Part shown: positions 51,596 through 63,875 of the stretch, piece by piece | Layout: each line of letters starts with the position of its first letter | Position numbering within the stretch: position 1 is the stretch's first letter | Assembly (NCBI GenBank): GCA_963753345.1 | Contig: CAVWBU010000031.1 | Location: 32,001 to 96,000, forward strand | Source: an uncultured Fibrobacterota bacterium | Lineage (GTDB): Bacteria > Fibrobacterota > Chitinivibrionia > Chitinivibrionales > FEN-1185 | Length of the DNA stretch: 64,000 nt | Reading direction: 5' to 3' | Program-made: the position numbers and the translations under genes | The notes under the pieces: generated by a model | The model's input: only the letters and a program-made list of their open reading frames with translations | What the model was told of the DNA's origin: nothing | Databases searched by the model: none

Positions 51596-52699
51596 CTAGC
51601 TATTACGCTTCCCCGCAATAAACTCTTCCGTCATGCGGTACGCTTCGTCATCTGAAAACTGTTCGGGCGGGTGCTTGCAGAAATACGCGGACGGGGAGCA
51701 AAGGGCGCCGCCGAGGCCGCGCGACAGCGCGAGCTTGCAGCAGCGGACGGCGTCGATGGCCACGCCCGCGGAGTTGGGAGAGTCCTCCACGCTGAGGCGC
51801 AGCTCGAGGTTCATGGGCACGCCGCCGAAGAGCCTGCCCTCCATGCGGAGAAAGCAGACCTTCTGGTCGTTCTGCCAGGCGACGTAGTCGCTGGGGCCGA
51901 TGTGGATGTCTCGTTTGTCAAGACGCTTCGCGGCAACGGACTGCACCGCCTCGGTCTTGGATTCCTTCTTCGAGACGAGGCGGCTGCGGTTGAGCATGTT
52001 GAGGAAGTCGGTGTTGCCGCCGGTGTTGAGCTGGTAGGTGCGTTCGAGCTTCACCCCGCGCTTGCGGAACAGGTCGACGAGCGTGCGGTGCGTGATGGTG
52101 GCGCCGAGTTGCGCCTTGATGTCGTCGCCGATAAGCGGGATGTTCTTGGCGGCGAACCTGCGCGCCCAGGCGGGGTCGCTCGCGATGAACACCGGCATAT
52201 TGTTTACAAAAGCGATTCCCGCCCCGAGGGCGCATTCTGCGTAGAAGTGCGTGGCCTGCTCCGAGCCCACGGGCAGGTAGTTGAGGAGCATCTCGGCGCG
52301 CGTGTCCTTAAGGATGGCGGTCACGTCCTTTGCGGCGGGCTCCCTGCGGCCGGCGGGAACGAACGTGTAGTCGTCGTCGTACTGCCTCATATGGTCGGAG
52401 AGTCCGTCGAGGATTTTCCCCATGGACACCATGACGCCGCTTTTGGGCATGTCGGGACAGAACACGGCGGTGCAGTTGGGCCTCTGGAAGATGGCGGCGC
52501 TCACGTCCCTGCCCACTTTCCTTTTGTCAATGTCGAACGCGGCCACCACCTCGATGTCGGACGGCGCGTACCCGCCGATGCGCCGGTGCATGAGGCCGGC
52601 GGCTTCCTTCCGGTCCGCGCCTGCGTAATAGTGGATTCCCTGAAGAAGAGAGCTGGCGCAATTGCCCACGCCGACGATTGCTATCCTGATCTTCTCCAT
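51596..52699 (-). CDS. ino1: Myo-inositol-1-phosphate synthase
   Basis: IVGVGNCASS, NYLPVGS, IGDDIK, QLNTGGNTDFLNM, EDSPNSAG. Confidence 0.95.
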   Translation of the reverse strand: MEKIRIAIVGVGNCASSLLQGIHYYAGADRKEAAGLMHRRIGGYAPSDIEVVAAFDIDKRKVGRDVSAAIFQRPNCTAVFCPDMPKSGVMVSMGKILDGLSDHMRQYDDDYTFVPAGRREPAAKDVTAILKDTRAEMLLNYLPVGSEQATHFYAECALGAGIAFVNNMPVFIASDPAWARRFAAKNIPLIGDDIKAQLGATITHRTLVDLFRKRGVKLERTYQLNTGGNTDFLNMLNRSRLVSKKESKTEAVQSVAAKRLDKRDIHIGPSDYVAWQNDQKVCFLRMEGRLFGGVPMNLELRLSVEDSPNSAGVAIDAVRCCKLALSRGLGGALCSPSAYFCKHPPEQFSDDEAYRMTEEFIAGKRNS

Positions 52700-52757
52700 A
52701 GAAACGCCGCCTCCGCGTAACAAAAATAGCTCTTTTACCGGCCGGGTGCCATTGCCC

Positions 52758-53732
52758 TTAATAGGGATAGGGGTTGTCGAACTTGAGCACGCCGCGCTCC
52801 ATACCGAACCACAGGTTGTTCTTCTCGTCCTTGTGCATCTGGGTCACCTGTGTGGCGGTGATGCCGACCTTCTGCGGGTCGGAGAGCCATTCTTCGCCAT
52901 TGAATTTCATGAGGCCCGATGCCGTGGCAATCCATATCCTGCTCTGGGAGTCGGCCATGATCGCGACAATGCCGTCGGCAACGTCCATGAACACTTTCCA
53001 GGATTTTCCGTCGAAGGCGTTCATGTCGTGGTCGCCGACCGCGGCCCAGATGGTGTTCTGCCGGCCGTCGTAGGCGAGCGCATGCGTGTCGTTCCAGGAA
53101 AGCCCGTTCTTCATGTTGTACGTGGTCCATTTTGAGCCGTCAAAGCAGGAAACGCCCTTGTTGGTGCCGAACCAGACTGCGCCGCCTTCGCCGACAACGA
53201 TATCGTGGACCTTTTCGCCGGCGAGTCCGCTTGCTACGGTATACGAGGTCCAGGCGCCGCCCGAATAGAGCGAGACGCCGTTGTCGGTCGCGACCCACAA
53301 TTTTCCGCGGGCAGAAAGGATCTTGTTGACCGTGTTATCGGAAAGCCCGCTCTCTTTTGTTGTAAACACCTTGAAGGAGTCCTTGGTTTTCATGGCGAGC
53401 CCTGCCTTGGTGCCCACCCATACGATGCCGGCGTTGTCCACCGCGATGCAGGTGGCGTCGGCGGCGGGGATGCCGCCCAGGTCCTTGTACGTCTGCATAT
53501 CGCTTTTCTTCCCGCTCGCGATGTTAAGCGACGTTATGCCGCCCTCGCTGATTGCCCAGACCACATTGTTGCTTATGGCAAACCCGCGCACCGCGCCGCC
53601 GGTCTGGAATATCTTCCATTCGGTCGTGGTTTCGTAGGACATGGAGTCGACCTTGGTCTCGCGTTTCTGGCTGCCGGCGGGAACGAGCGTTACGGCGAGC
53701 AGCAGCGTTGCGGCGATCGCGGAAAATTTCAT
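52758..53732 (-). CDS. Secreted beta-propeller protein (two-component regulator propeller repeats)
   Basis: Signal peptide; repeats such as SGLSDNTV, VWFGTNKG, IWIAT; AAGGAG RBS. Confidence 0.8.
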   Translation of the reverse strand: MKFSAIAATLLLAVTLVPAGSQKRETKVDSMSYETTTEWKIFQTGGAVRGFAISNNVVWAISEGGITSLNIASGKKSDMQTYKDLGGIPAADATCIAVDNAGIVWVGTKAGLAMKTKDSFKVFTTKESGLSDNTVNKILSARGKLWVATDNGVSLYSGGAWTSYTVASGLAGEKVHDIVVGEGGAVWFGTNKGVSCFDGSKWTTYNMKNGLSWNDTHALAYDGRQNTIWAAVGDHDMNAFDGKSWKVFMDVADGIVAIMADSQSRIWIATASGLMKFNGEEWLSDPQKVGITATQVTQMHKDEKNNLWFGMERGVLKFDNPYPY

Positions 53733-53864
53733 ATATACTCCTTTAACAAGTTGACAGTTGACAGCATATCGATTCTTGCATTCCTTCTTTGGGTCCTCCA
53801 TGCCCCCTGTAATGATTCACTTCGCTCAAACGAAAATACTTCACTCCATCAAAGGGCACGACAC

Positions 53865-56027
53865 TCAGTCGAACGGCCTGCCCGGCGAGAACGCGCGGTA
53901 GGCCCAGTAATTTGCAAGGACCCTTTTCACGTATCCGCGTGTTTCGGTGTACCCGATGTCCTCGATGAAAAGATCGAACGTCTTTCTCCTGTTCTTCGTA
54001 TACCATTCCGACGCCCGGGGCGGCCCGCCGTTGTAGCTTGCGAGGGCGAGCACCGTGCTTCCCTTGAACTGGTCGAGCAGCTGCTTAAGGTAGAACGCGC
54101 CGTACCGAATGTTGACCGCCGGGTTGAGCAGCGAGTCCGCGGAAAAAGCCTCCCCGAGTTTCTGCGCAATGGCCCTTCCCGTAAACGGCATGATCTGCAT
54201 GAGGCCCACGGCGCCGGCTCTCGACAACGCGTCGGCGTCGAACACGCTTTCCTGGCGCATCACCGCGACTACGAGATACGGATCGAGCGAATCTGCGCGC
54301 GCCTCAGAGGCGACGCGGTCCGAAAAAGGCGTCGGATACAAAATCGAAAGAAGCGGCAGCGGCAGGGCGGCGCGGTTGGCCGGCGGGATGCGCCACAAAA
54401 GCCTGCGTCCTGAGCGGAACGAGGCGGTCGGATCGTTTCCGTACCGGTACAGCAGCGCGAGGTCGAACTGCAGCCCGAGGTTCGAGGGGTACCTGCTTTC
54501 CAGTCCGTCAAGGAACCTGCCCGCCTGCGCCGTGAGGCCGCACAGGGCCAGGAGTGTGCCCCGCGCGTACGAGAGGCTGTCCGCTTTGGAAAGCGGCTGG
54601 CGGGGCGGCGGCAGGAGCGTGTCGATCCATGCACGGGTCGCGTCGATGCCGAGCGTGGTGTCGACGCCCGGGAAGCAAACCGTGTCGGCCGAGAGCCTGA
54701 GCGCCTCCCTGGCCCGGAAGGCGTAGAAATCGGTGGGCGATGTCCGCACCACCTCGCAGAGCGCCGAGGCCGCCTCGCCGGTCTTTCCCAGCGAAAGAAG
54801 GCATCTTCCCTTCCAGTACAGCGCGCCGCCGGCAAGCCACGAGTCTTCGAACAGTTTCGGAAGGGACGCGAACGTGGAGCACGCCCGCGCGTATCTGCCG
54901 GCCTTGAACCAGCACAGGCCCTGGCGGAAGAACGCCTCGTCGCACCGAATGGATGTCTTTTTGAGTGAAGACAGCGTGCGGTACAGGGAGACGGCCTTAT
55001 CGTAGTGCTCGTCTTCCTCCTGCTTCCACGCGAGGTGCCAGTACACGTCCGGGGCGCTAGGATGCTTCGGGTATAACTTGACAAAACGGCCATACCATTG
55101 TTCCGCAATCGTGTCGTTGCCGAGCGCCCGGTTCGACCGGGCGCAGGAGAGAACCACCTCGGGCGTGGGCCCGTACGTTCTCACAAAGTCGCGCAGGGCC
55201 TTGTCCGCCGATGTGTACCGGCCGCAGGAAAAGGCGACAAGGCCTTTTATGAGGCCGCGTTCCCTCCCGGGGACGGTCCGGCCAAAGTCTCTTCTGGCCC
55301 CGGCCCTGGCAAGAAAGGTGTCGGCCATTGAAAAGTCCCTGCACGCATACGCGGCCCTGGCAAGCCGGAACAGGAGGGCGGTCGAAAACGCGGAATCCGG
55401 GGGCTTGCGGGAAGCCACCAGGTCCACGATCCTGCAGTTTCTCTTGCATGCGGTTGTGTCGATCGTGCGCGACAGGGCCGAGTCGGCCGCTTTCCATTGC
55501 TCCGCCGTGAGAAGGGAGTCGATTCTCGGCGTGACGGTGTCTGCGTTTTGCTCGAGCAGGAACTTCTTCTCCGCGGCGAGCGCGGCAAGCTCGGGAAACG
55601 AAGCGGAAAGCTCCGGGTGCGCCTTGACAAGACTATACATTTTCTGTGAGATGTCAAGAGCGACGGCGGAGGGGAGCGAGTCGCGCTGCGCAAGAAAGTA
55701 TGCCGTGGCGGCCTCGGACGGACGGCTGCGGGCGGTTTCCACATCGCCGATGAGTTCGAGCGCCACGCCGCGCAGCCGGCACGAATCGGCGACACAGCAT
55801 TTGAGCTGGGTCACGGCCCGCTCGTAGTCCTGACAGTTGAAATACGCGACGCCCTGCTTGAAGCGCCAGAACGCCGAATCCGAGACCGCGGTGTCGCGCG
55901 CAAGCGCCGCGAGCGCCTGCCTGCAGTCGCTTTTGGCAAGCCCGCCGGTGCCGATGGTGTCGATGAGGGGCGAGGAAAAGCAAATTCCTGCGGTACAGAT
56001 GAGTAATGGAAGTATCTTGGGGAGCAT
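53865..56027 (-). CDS. TPR-containing lytic transglycosylase (Slt-like)
   Basis: MRQES, GAVGLMQ, ASYNGG, ETRGYVKRV; TPR-like helices. Confidence 0.92.
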   Translation of the reverse strand: MLPKILPLLICTAGICFSSPLIDTIGTGGLAKSDCRQALAALARDTAVSDSAFWRFKQGVAYFNCQDYERAVTQLKCCVADSCRLRGVALELIGDVETARSRPSEAATAYFLAQRDSLPSAVALDISQKMYSLVKAHPELSASFPELAALAAEKKFLLEQNADTVTPRIDSLLTAEQWKAADSALSRTIDTTACKRNCRIVDLVASRKPPDSAFSTALLFRLARAAYACRDFSMADTFLARAGARRDFGRTVPGRERGLIKGLVAFSCGRYTSADKALRDFVRTYGPTPEVVLSCARSNRALGNDTIAEQWYGRFVKLYPKHPSAPDVYWHLAWKQEEDEHYDKAVSLYRTLSSLKKTSIRCDEAFFRQGLCWFKAGRYARACSTFASLPKLFEDSWLAGGALYWKGRCLLSLGKTGEAASALCEVVRTSPTDFYAFRAREALRLSADTVCFPGVDTTLGIDATRAWIDTLLPPPRQPLSKADSLSYARGTLLALCGLTAQAGRFLDGLESRYPSNLGLQFDLALLYRYGNDPTASFRSGRRLLWRIPPANRAALPLPLLSILYPTPFSDRVASEARADSLDPYLVVAVMRQESVFDADALSRAGAVGLMQIMPFTGRAIAQKLGEAFSADSLLNPAVNIRYGAFYLKQLLDQFKGSTVLALASYNGGPPRASEWYTKNRRKTFDLFIEDIGYTETRGYVKRVLANYWAYRAFSPGRPFD

Positions 56028-56057
56028 ATTGACAAAGTCTTCTTTGCTTAATGATCT

Positions 56058-56396
56058 TGGGCGTTCCCCGGCCTTTGGCCGGGTCGGTTCTCCTTCCGGT
56101 CTCGGCCTCCGGCCTCGGGCCGCCACGGCCCTATGGCCCACAGGGCCGGGTCCGGGCGGCATCCCGCTTTGGCGGGACCTTCAGTCGCCCCTAACGCGCG
56201 GCAGAAGAATGCCTATAAGAAGAGCAATTTCTTTTTGCGCCATTTTAAATGCGAGGAATACAGATGGCTGATTCTCACTTCTCAACTTCTCAACTAATGA
56301 ACTTCTCAACTTTTTACTTTTCAACTATTCAACGCTTCAACGTTTCAACTTCTTCAAGCTTCTCAACTTCTAAACTACTCAACTCCTCAACTCTCT
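56058..56396 (-). repeat. Module C (56058-~56206) + long heptamer array (~56272-56396), minus strand
   Basis: TGGGCGTTCCCC...CCTAACGCGCGG; TCTCAAC units. Confidence 0.9.
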
Positions 56397-56398
56397 TC

Positions 56399-57151
56399 TC
56401 ACATATAAATCCCGCCATTTATCCCTATCACCTGCCCCGTGATGTAGCTCGCGTCGCGGGAGGTGAGGAACGAGACCACGCCCGCCACCTCCTCGGGTTT
56501 TCCCACCCTCGCCATGGGGATGCGCTGGACAAGTTCTTTTTTCGCAAGCGCCTCGGTCATGTCGGTCTCGATGAACCCCGGCGTCACCGCGTTGACCAGC
56601 ACGTTGCGTTTTGCGCATTCGAGGGCCAGGGCCTTTACGGCGCCGATGAGCCCTGCCTTTGCCGCCGCGTAATTTACCTGGCCGGGCAGGCCGCTCTCCC
56701 CGGACGTCGACGAAATCACGATGATGCGGCCGCTGCGGTTAAGCACCATCTGCTTCACCACGGGCTTTACAACTGCGTGGAAACTGAGCAGGTCGGTGGA
56801 AAGAACGCTGTTCCAGTGCTCCTCGGTCATAAAGATAAGCAGCTCGTCGTGGCGGATGCCCGCGCTCAAGACGAGCGCGTGCACGTTCGCGTGGCGCGAC
56901 AGCAGTTCTTCCATTGCCGCGGCCGTTGCCGCCCTGTCCGATACGTCGAAGGGGCACAATTCGGCGGATCCGCCGGCGTTTACAATGGCGTCAAGCGTCC
57001 GCTTCGCTTCCTCGGTGTTTGACCGGTAGTTGATCACAACGTGATAACCGTCGGCAGCCAGCCGCGTTGATATGGCTCTGCCGATGCCCCTGCTCCCGCC
57101 GGTGATAATAGCGGTTTTTTTCTGCGTGACTTCCGTTTTTGTTTCGCTCAT
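56399..57151 (-). CDS. fabG: 3-oxoacyl-ACP reductase
   Basis: TGGSRGIG, YAAAK, NAVTPGFIETDM. Confidence 0.88.
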   Translation of the reverse strand: MSETKTEVTQKKTAIITGGSRGIGRAISTRLAADGYHVVINYRSNTEEAKRTLDAIVNAGGSAELCPFDVSDRAATAAAMEELLSRHANVHALVLSAGIRHDELLIFMTEEHWNSVLSTDLLSFHAVVKPVVKQMVLNRSGRIIVISSTSGESGLPGQVNYAAAKAGLIGAVKALALECAKRNVLVNAVTPGFIETDMTEALAKKELVQRIPMARVGKPEEVAGVVSFLTSRDASYITGQVIGINGGIYM

Positions 57152-57238
57152 ATGATTCTCACTTGCTCCTTATTTAGAAAATACATATTCCCAAGTGTCA
57201 GCATGGGCGGGTGGTAATGTAAAGTATAAGTTCATTTA

Positions 57239-57775
57239 TGGGGGGGGAAGTATCCCCCTCGCTGTGGCCCGGCCGCGCCGCTTTACAAACCAGTAATTTG
57301 AATATGCGCGCCCGGTCCTCCGCTACCCCCTCCTGGGTGCACCCCAAGTGGAGGCATTGACAGAACCAGACACCTGTGTGGGGGCACCCAAGGAGAGCGG
57401 CTGTAGAGGGCACCCTCTTTTGCTTTGTCTCTTTGTTACTTTGTTTTTTTGTGGCTATTTTCTTGCGGGCACCGAGAAAGAGAGTTGAAAGTTGACAGTT
57501 GGCAGTTGACAGCGAGGAGATAGATCCTTTTCGATGTGTCCAGAGATTCCAAATGGCGCAAAGATGCTGCTGGCTGAACGGATTTCCTCTGCCGCGCGCC
57601 AGGCAGGACTGGAGGCCGCGCCAGAGTGCGGTGCCGCCCGGACCCGGCCCTGTGGGCCATAGGGCCGAGGCGGCCCGAGGCCGGAGGCCGAGACCGGAAG
57701 GACGGCCGCCGACGCGAAGCGGCGGGGCGCCCAAGCATTTACTTTCTTGACTTGATGAAGGCCGGGGAACGCCCA
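57239..57775 (+). repeat. Composite element: module A + octamer/heptamer linker + module C (~57585-57733) + second C tail (57757-57775)
   Basis: Same architecture as 12712-13152. Confidence 0.9.
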
Positions 57776-57853
57776 AGTATTTTTTATATCGACACAATAT
57801 ATTTTCCAATTACGCGGAAAGATTCCCTTTCCACGGCGCAAAGGACTCCTGTC

Positions 57854-59174
<1,321 letters not shown>

Positions 59175-59202
59175 TATTCTATAAAAGCAAGAGAATATTA
59201 GT

Positions 59203-59325
59203 GTGGGGGAGGTATCCCCCTGCCTGCGGCCCTGTGGTCCTCCGGCACCCCCTCCTGGGTGGCCGCCTTGACAAAGCAGCTTCGAGAACCAAACATTGTT
59301 GTGGCGGCACCCACGAGCAGCGGTT
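59203..59325 (+). repeat. Solo module A
   Basis: GTGGGGGAGGTATCCCCC...GGCGGCACCCACG. Confidence 0.85.
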
Positions 59326-59536
59326 GCTAAGAAAAATCAGATGACAAATGGCACATTTCTTCCAGGTGAAAAATAGGAAGGAGTGTCATTGCGAGCGCAG
59401 CGAAGCAATCTACCGTTTGAATAGGTCCGTACTCTGTCTGCTGCATTCCGTGTTTCTATTCACTTTGTATCTTTGTCACCCTATACTAATTACAGCTCCT
59501 GTCCCGTGCCCCGTGCTATAGCGTATTTTTTGCATT

Positions 59537-60510
59537 ATGGTTTCCCTCCCCATCACCCTCAACGATTCGCAGACCAGCGGTTCGACCGGTTTCTGCGCAG
59601 GCGCCTGCCGCTGCGCACGCTGTCGGACATTTACCGGATGATCCGCACGGGCTTCGCTCGCGTGAACGGCAAAAAAGTCGAGCAGAGCCGCCGCCTTGCG
59701 GAAGGCGACATCGTGGAGCTGCGCGTGGACCAGGCGGAGCTCCAAACGCTGAAGCCGGCCGGGCCTGACGCAGCAACCGACATTTCCAAAACGGAATTCT
59801 ACAAACGCAACCTGAACATCGTCTACGAGGACGAAAGCATCGTGGCCTGCAACAAGCCGCCATACCTGGTGGTGCACCCGGGCACGGGGCATGCCGGCGG
59901 CGCGACGCTCATCGATCTTGTCAAAAGCTATCTGCTGCACAAGGGAACAAAGGCGGCCGACGCCGATCCGGTCCTGGTGCACCGGCTCGACCGCGACACG
60001 TCGGGAATCATCCTTATTGCCAAGAACAAATGGGTGGTGCGCTCCCTGCATTCGCTTTTCAGGGGAAAGGATTTTGTCAAGAAATACGTCGCCGTCTGCC
60101 ATGGCGCGCCGCCGGCGCAACGCGGCGTCGTGGAGGCTAACCTTGCAAAGACCGTCGAGCGCAACGAGGGCACCAAGATGCGGGTGGACGGATCGGGAAT
60201 GTTCTCGAAGACGGAATATGCGGTCGCGGCGACCGGAAACGGCCTTTCACGGTTGGAACTCACCCTCGTTACCGGCCGCACCCACCAGATCCGCGTGCAC
60301 ATGGCCCACATCGGGTGCCCGGTGGTCGGTGACGTGCGCTACGGCGACCGGGTTGCCGACGACGCACTTTTTGCGCGGACCAAGACGCCGCGGCGGCTCT
60401 ACCTGCATGCCGCGTCGGTCTCGTTTGTCCACCCGGTAACCGGTAAGCAGCTCACGCTTTCCGCACCGGTGCCCGAAGAATTTTCCTACATTCTCAATCC
60501 CTCAAAATAG
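59537..60510 (+). CDS. RluA/RluD-family pseudouridine synthase; probable frameshift ~10 codons after the ATG
   Basis: S4-like N terminus, NKP, VHRLDRDTSG, TGRTHQIRVH, GDVRYG. Confidence 0.9.
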
Positions 60511-60579
60511 CGAGATTTTTTCCTTATTTTTGATTGATGAAGAAAGTGCGTAAGTGGTAATATTAATAAGTGTATACAA

Positions 60580-60960
60580 GGGGGGAGGTATCCCCCTCGC
60601 TCCGGCCTCCTCGGCCTGCGGCCTGCGGTGTCCTGCGCTACCCCCTCCTGGGTGGCCGCCTTGATAAAGCAGCTGCAAGACCATGCATTGTTGTGGCGGC
60701 ACCCATGGAGAGCAGTTTAAAAGTCGTAAGCCAAAGCATTGACTCTAACTTCGAGATTCGGGCTGGCGGAGAAAATAAATTGACAGAATAGAATCCCTCT
60801 GCCGCGCGTTAGGTGGACCGTAGTGGTCCCGCCATAGCGGGATTGCCGGCCGACCCCGGCCCGAAGGGCCCTAGGGGCGGACCGGCAACGAGGCGAATAG
60901 CCGAGCCCGGAGGGAGACCGACCCGAGCCTGAGTTGTAACGAGGGCGAGGGGAACGCCCA
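60580..60960 (+). repeat. Composite element: module A + module C (~60795-60960)
   Basis: Similar to 10700-11110. Confidence 0.9.
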
Positions 60961-60999
60961 GCTTTTGAATTTATTGTATTTAGAAGAATTGTAATTAGC

Positions 61000-63768
61000 A
61001 TGAGTAAACCAGAAACATCGCGATCCCTCCGGAGCTCCCTTGACAAAGGGCGGGTGAAGATCCACAATCTTCTTCCCAACATCGAGCGCACGTTCCTTCC
61101 CCTCGGCTCGGTGCTGGGCAAGTACCGCATCATCGAGGAGATCGACCGGGGCGGCATGGCCGTGGTGTACCGGGCGATGCAGCTCGACCTCGACCGCGAA
61201 GTCGCGCTCAAAGTGCTGCCCGCGAACATCACCATCAACCAGAATTTCGTGGACCGTTTCCTCTCCGAGGCGCACGCGGTCGCCAAGCTCACGCACCCGG
61301 GCATCGTGAACATCCACGAAGTCGCGGTGCAGAACAACGTGTACTACCTCGCCATGGATTACATCCCGGGCGTCAATCTCTACTACCACCTCAACTACCA
61401 GAAGCCCAAGCTCATCGAGGTGCTCGAGATCACCGCGAAGCTCGCCGACGCGCTCGCGTACGCGCACCGGCAGAGGATCGTGCACCGGGACCTCAAGCTC
61501 AACAACGTCATCATGAAGGACAACCTCACGCCCGTGCTCATCGACTTCGGGCTCGCCAAGGCGCTGGAGGGCGACGAACCAAGCAAGACCAAGACGGGCG
61601 AGATCATGGGATCGCCCGCCTACATGGCGCCGGAGCGGCTGTACGGCCGGGGCGGCGACGCGCGCAGCGACATCTGCTCGCTCGGCATCATGCTGTACGA
61701 GATGTTGACATTCAAGAACCCTTATCTCGATCCGCGCAGCATCCACCAGACCACGCTGAACGTGATCGAGGCGAATCCGATCCCGCCGCGCAAGCTCACC
61801 ATGTGGCTGCCGCCGGAAATCGAGGCGATCACGCTCAAGGCCATGCACAAGGACCCGGACAAGCGGTACCAGACCATGGAGGAATTCGCCGAGGACATCC
61901 GGCGGTACCAGCGCGGCGATCCGGTGCTTGCCAATCCGCCGTCGCTGTGGACAAGGGTGAAGCATTTCGCGCGGAGGCGGTGGCCCTTTCTCTCCATCTT
62001 TTTTCTGCTCGCGCTCTTTGCGGCGATCTTCGCGTACCTTGCCTATGTCCAATCGAAGAAGGAACGGCCCTCCTGGCAGATCATGTATCAGAAGCGTTTC
62101 GTCGGTCTTTCCATAGGAGACGAATGGTCGCAGTACCCGGGAGTCTCCGAAAAGAACCAGGGCTGGTCGATCAAAAACAGCGAGCTTCTGTCGCCCTCCG
62201 GCCCGTCCTTCCTCCGCCTCGACCGGCCCATCACGCGCGATGCGCGCGTCGAGTTCGACCTCCGGAGCGTGAGCAACAATTTTTTCAACGTGGGATTCTT
62301 CCTCTACGGCAGCTGCCCGGACTCCGGGTACGGATTCCACCTGTTTCAAGGGCCGGCGGCCGAGTGCGGCATCACGTATCCGGGCAGCGCCTACCTTTTT
62401 TCCGATTACAACCCGCTGGGGCTTGTGCCGGCGAAACGTTTCCACGTGATTGTCGAGCGCAAGGAGAACGTGATCTCGTTCAGGCTCAACGACATTCTCA
62501 TCGGAAGAATATGCGATTTCTTCCCGCCCTACGGCACGGACCATCAGTCAATGGGATTCTTTGTCAACGGGTCGCAGTGCGCGGTCGAGAACATGACCAT
62601 TTACCGCTACGCCATTCCCATGATGCCCAGCCCCACCCTCATCGCCGACCGTTTTGCGGAGCGGGGAGCGGTGGCCACCGCCATCGATGAATACCGCGAG
62701 CTCCTTATGGACTTCTCCACGCAGTCCATTGCGCAGGACATCCTTCTCAAGATTGCGGAATGCTATATCCGCCTGGGACAGTGGGATCGCGCCGCAGAGG
62801 CCCTGGGCAGTCCCCTGCTCAACAGGAGCAGCGAACAGACGGAGAACCGCGTGCTGTATCTCCGGGGCATCATGCATTCGGCGCAGGGCAACCGGGCTCA
62901 GGCCGACAGCGCGTTCATGGCGCTGGGAAACGCGGCCGGGTCGGGCCAGCTGTTTCAGGCGGCGCTGGCCGTGATGGCGCGGGAAGTGCTTGACGAATTA
63001 AACAAAGGCGACGTTGCTTCGGCGGAGGGCAGCGTCACGCTTCTTACCCGGAAATACCCGAAATATTCGCGGCTGCTCGGCAGGCTCCATTGCGCGGTGA
63101 TGGACCGGTATGCCGAACAGGGATCGGTCGATGCCGCCATCGCGACCGGACAGACCATCCTCGCGCTCCATCCCGAAGACGGCGATATCCTTTCCATCGC
63201 GAAAGTGAAGTTGAGCGAATTGTATCTGGTGAAGGGCCGCAAGAGCCAGGCCGTCGACCTGCTTAACCAGTGCATCGCGTCGTACGCTCCCACCGAGGGC
63301 CTGTGGAGGGCATGGATGGACCTTGCCATGATTTACGAATGCGACGGCGATTACGCCGACGCCTTCACCACCTACCGCAAGGTGTACGAGGACTGTCCCA
63401 AGTCGGTCGTTATCGCGTGGTTCGCCAGAATACGAATGGGGGAGCTGGCCGGCCGGACCACGAGCGCCGAATCGCCGAAGGCCATCTTTGAGGACGTGGC
63501 GAGAAGCCCGCACCCGTTTGCGGTGCCGCGCGCCGTCGCCCAGTACTACCGCGGCATCGTTTCGAACGACGATCTTGCCGCGCTCTGGGGCGAGATGTAT
63601 CCCGGCGACAGGGGGTATTTGTTCTGTTTTGTCAAGAAGGCGGTTTTCGACCGCCGGTGGGACGAAGCGCGCGGGTATCTTGAGGAGCTCGAAGAGATGC
63701 TCCCGCAGACATCAGTCCTCCTTCTGCAGGCGGTCGCGCTGCGCAGCCTGGTGCACGCGCACCAGTGA
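61000..63768 (+). CDS. Hanks-type Ser/Thr protein kinase with a TM segment and TPR-like C terminus
   Basis: GGMAVVY, VALK, HRDLKLNN, DFG, YMAPE. Confidence 0.93.
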   Translation: MSKPETSRSLRSSLDKGRVKIHNLLPNIERTFLPLGSVLGKYRIIEEIDRGGMAVVYRAMQLDLDREVALKVLPANITINQNFVDRFLSEAHAVAKLTHPGIVNIHEVAVQNNVYYLAMDYIPGVNLYYHLNYQKPKLIEVLEITAKLADALAYAHRQRIVHRDLKLNNVIMKDNLTPVLIDFGLAKALEGDEPSKTKTGEIMGSPAYMAPERLYGRGGDARSDICSLGIMLYEMLTFKNPYLDPRSIHQTTLNVIEANPIPPRKLTMWLPPEIEAITLKAMHKDPDKRYQTMEEFAEDIRRYQRGDPVLANPPSLWTRVKHFARRRWPFLSIFFLLALFAAIFAYLAYVQSKKERPSWQIMYQKRFVGLSIGDEWSQYPGVSEKNQGWSIKNSELLSPSGPSFLRLDRPITRDARVEFDLRSVSNNFFNVGFFLYGSCPDSGYGFHLFQGPAAECGITYPGSAYLFSDYNPLGLVPAKRFHVIVERKENVISFRLNDILIGRICDFFPPYGTDHQSMGFFVNGSQCAVENMTIYRYAIPMMPSPTLIADRFAERGAVATAIDEYRELLMDFSTQSIAQDILLKIAECYIRLGQWDRAAEALGSPLLNRSSEQTENRVLYLRGIMHSAQGNRAQADSAFMALGNAAGSGQLFQAALAVMAREVLDELNKGDVASAEGSVTLLTRKYPKYSRLLGRLHCAVMDRYAEQGSVDAAIATGQTILALHPEDGDILSIAKVKLSELYLVKGRKSQAVDLLNQCIASYAPTEGLWRAWMDLAMIYECDGDYADAFTTYRKVYEDCPKSVVIAWFARIRMGELAGRTTSAESPKAIFEDVARSPHPFAVPRAVAQYYRGIVSNDDLAALWGEMYPGDRGYLFCFVKKAVFDRRWDEARGYLEELEEMLPQTSVLLLQAVALRSLVHAHQ

Positions 63769-63875
63769 CGGGCGCGCGCTGCGCCGCGCCCGGCGGAAAA
63801 TTAAACGCTTGCCCCTTAAAATCGTATTTGGTTATTTTATACCTCTCCCATAAACCATAAACCCGTATCAGGACA

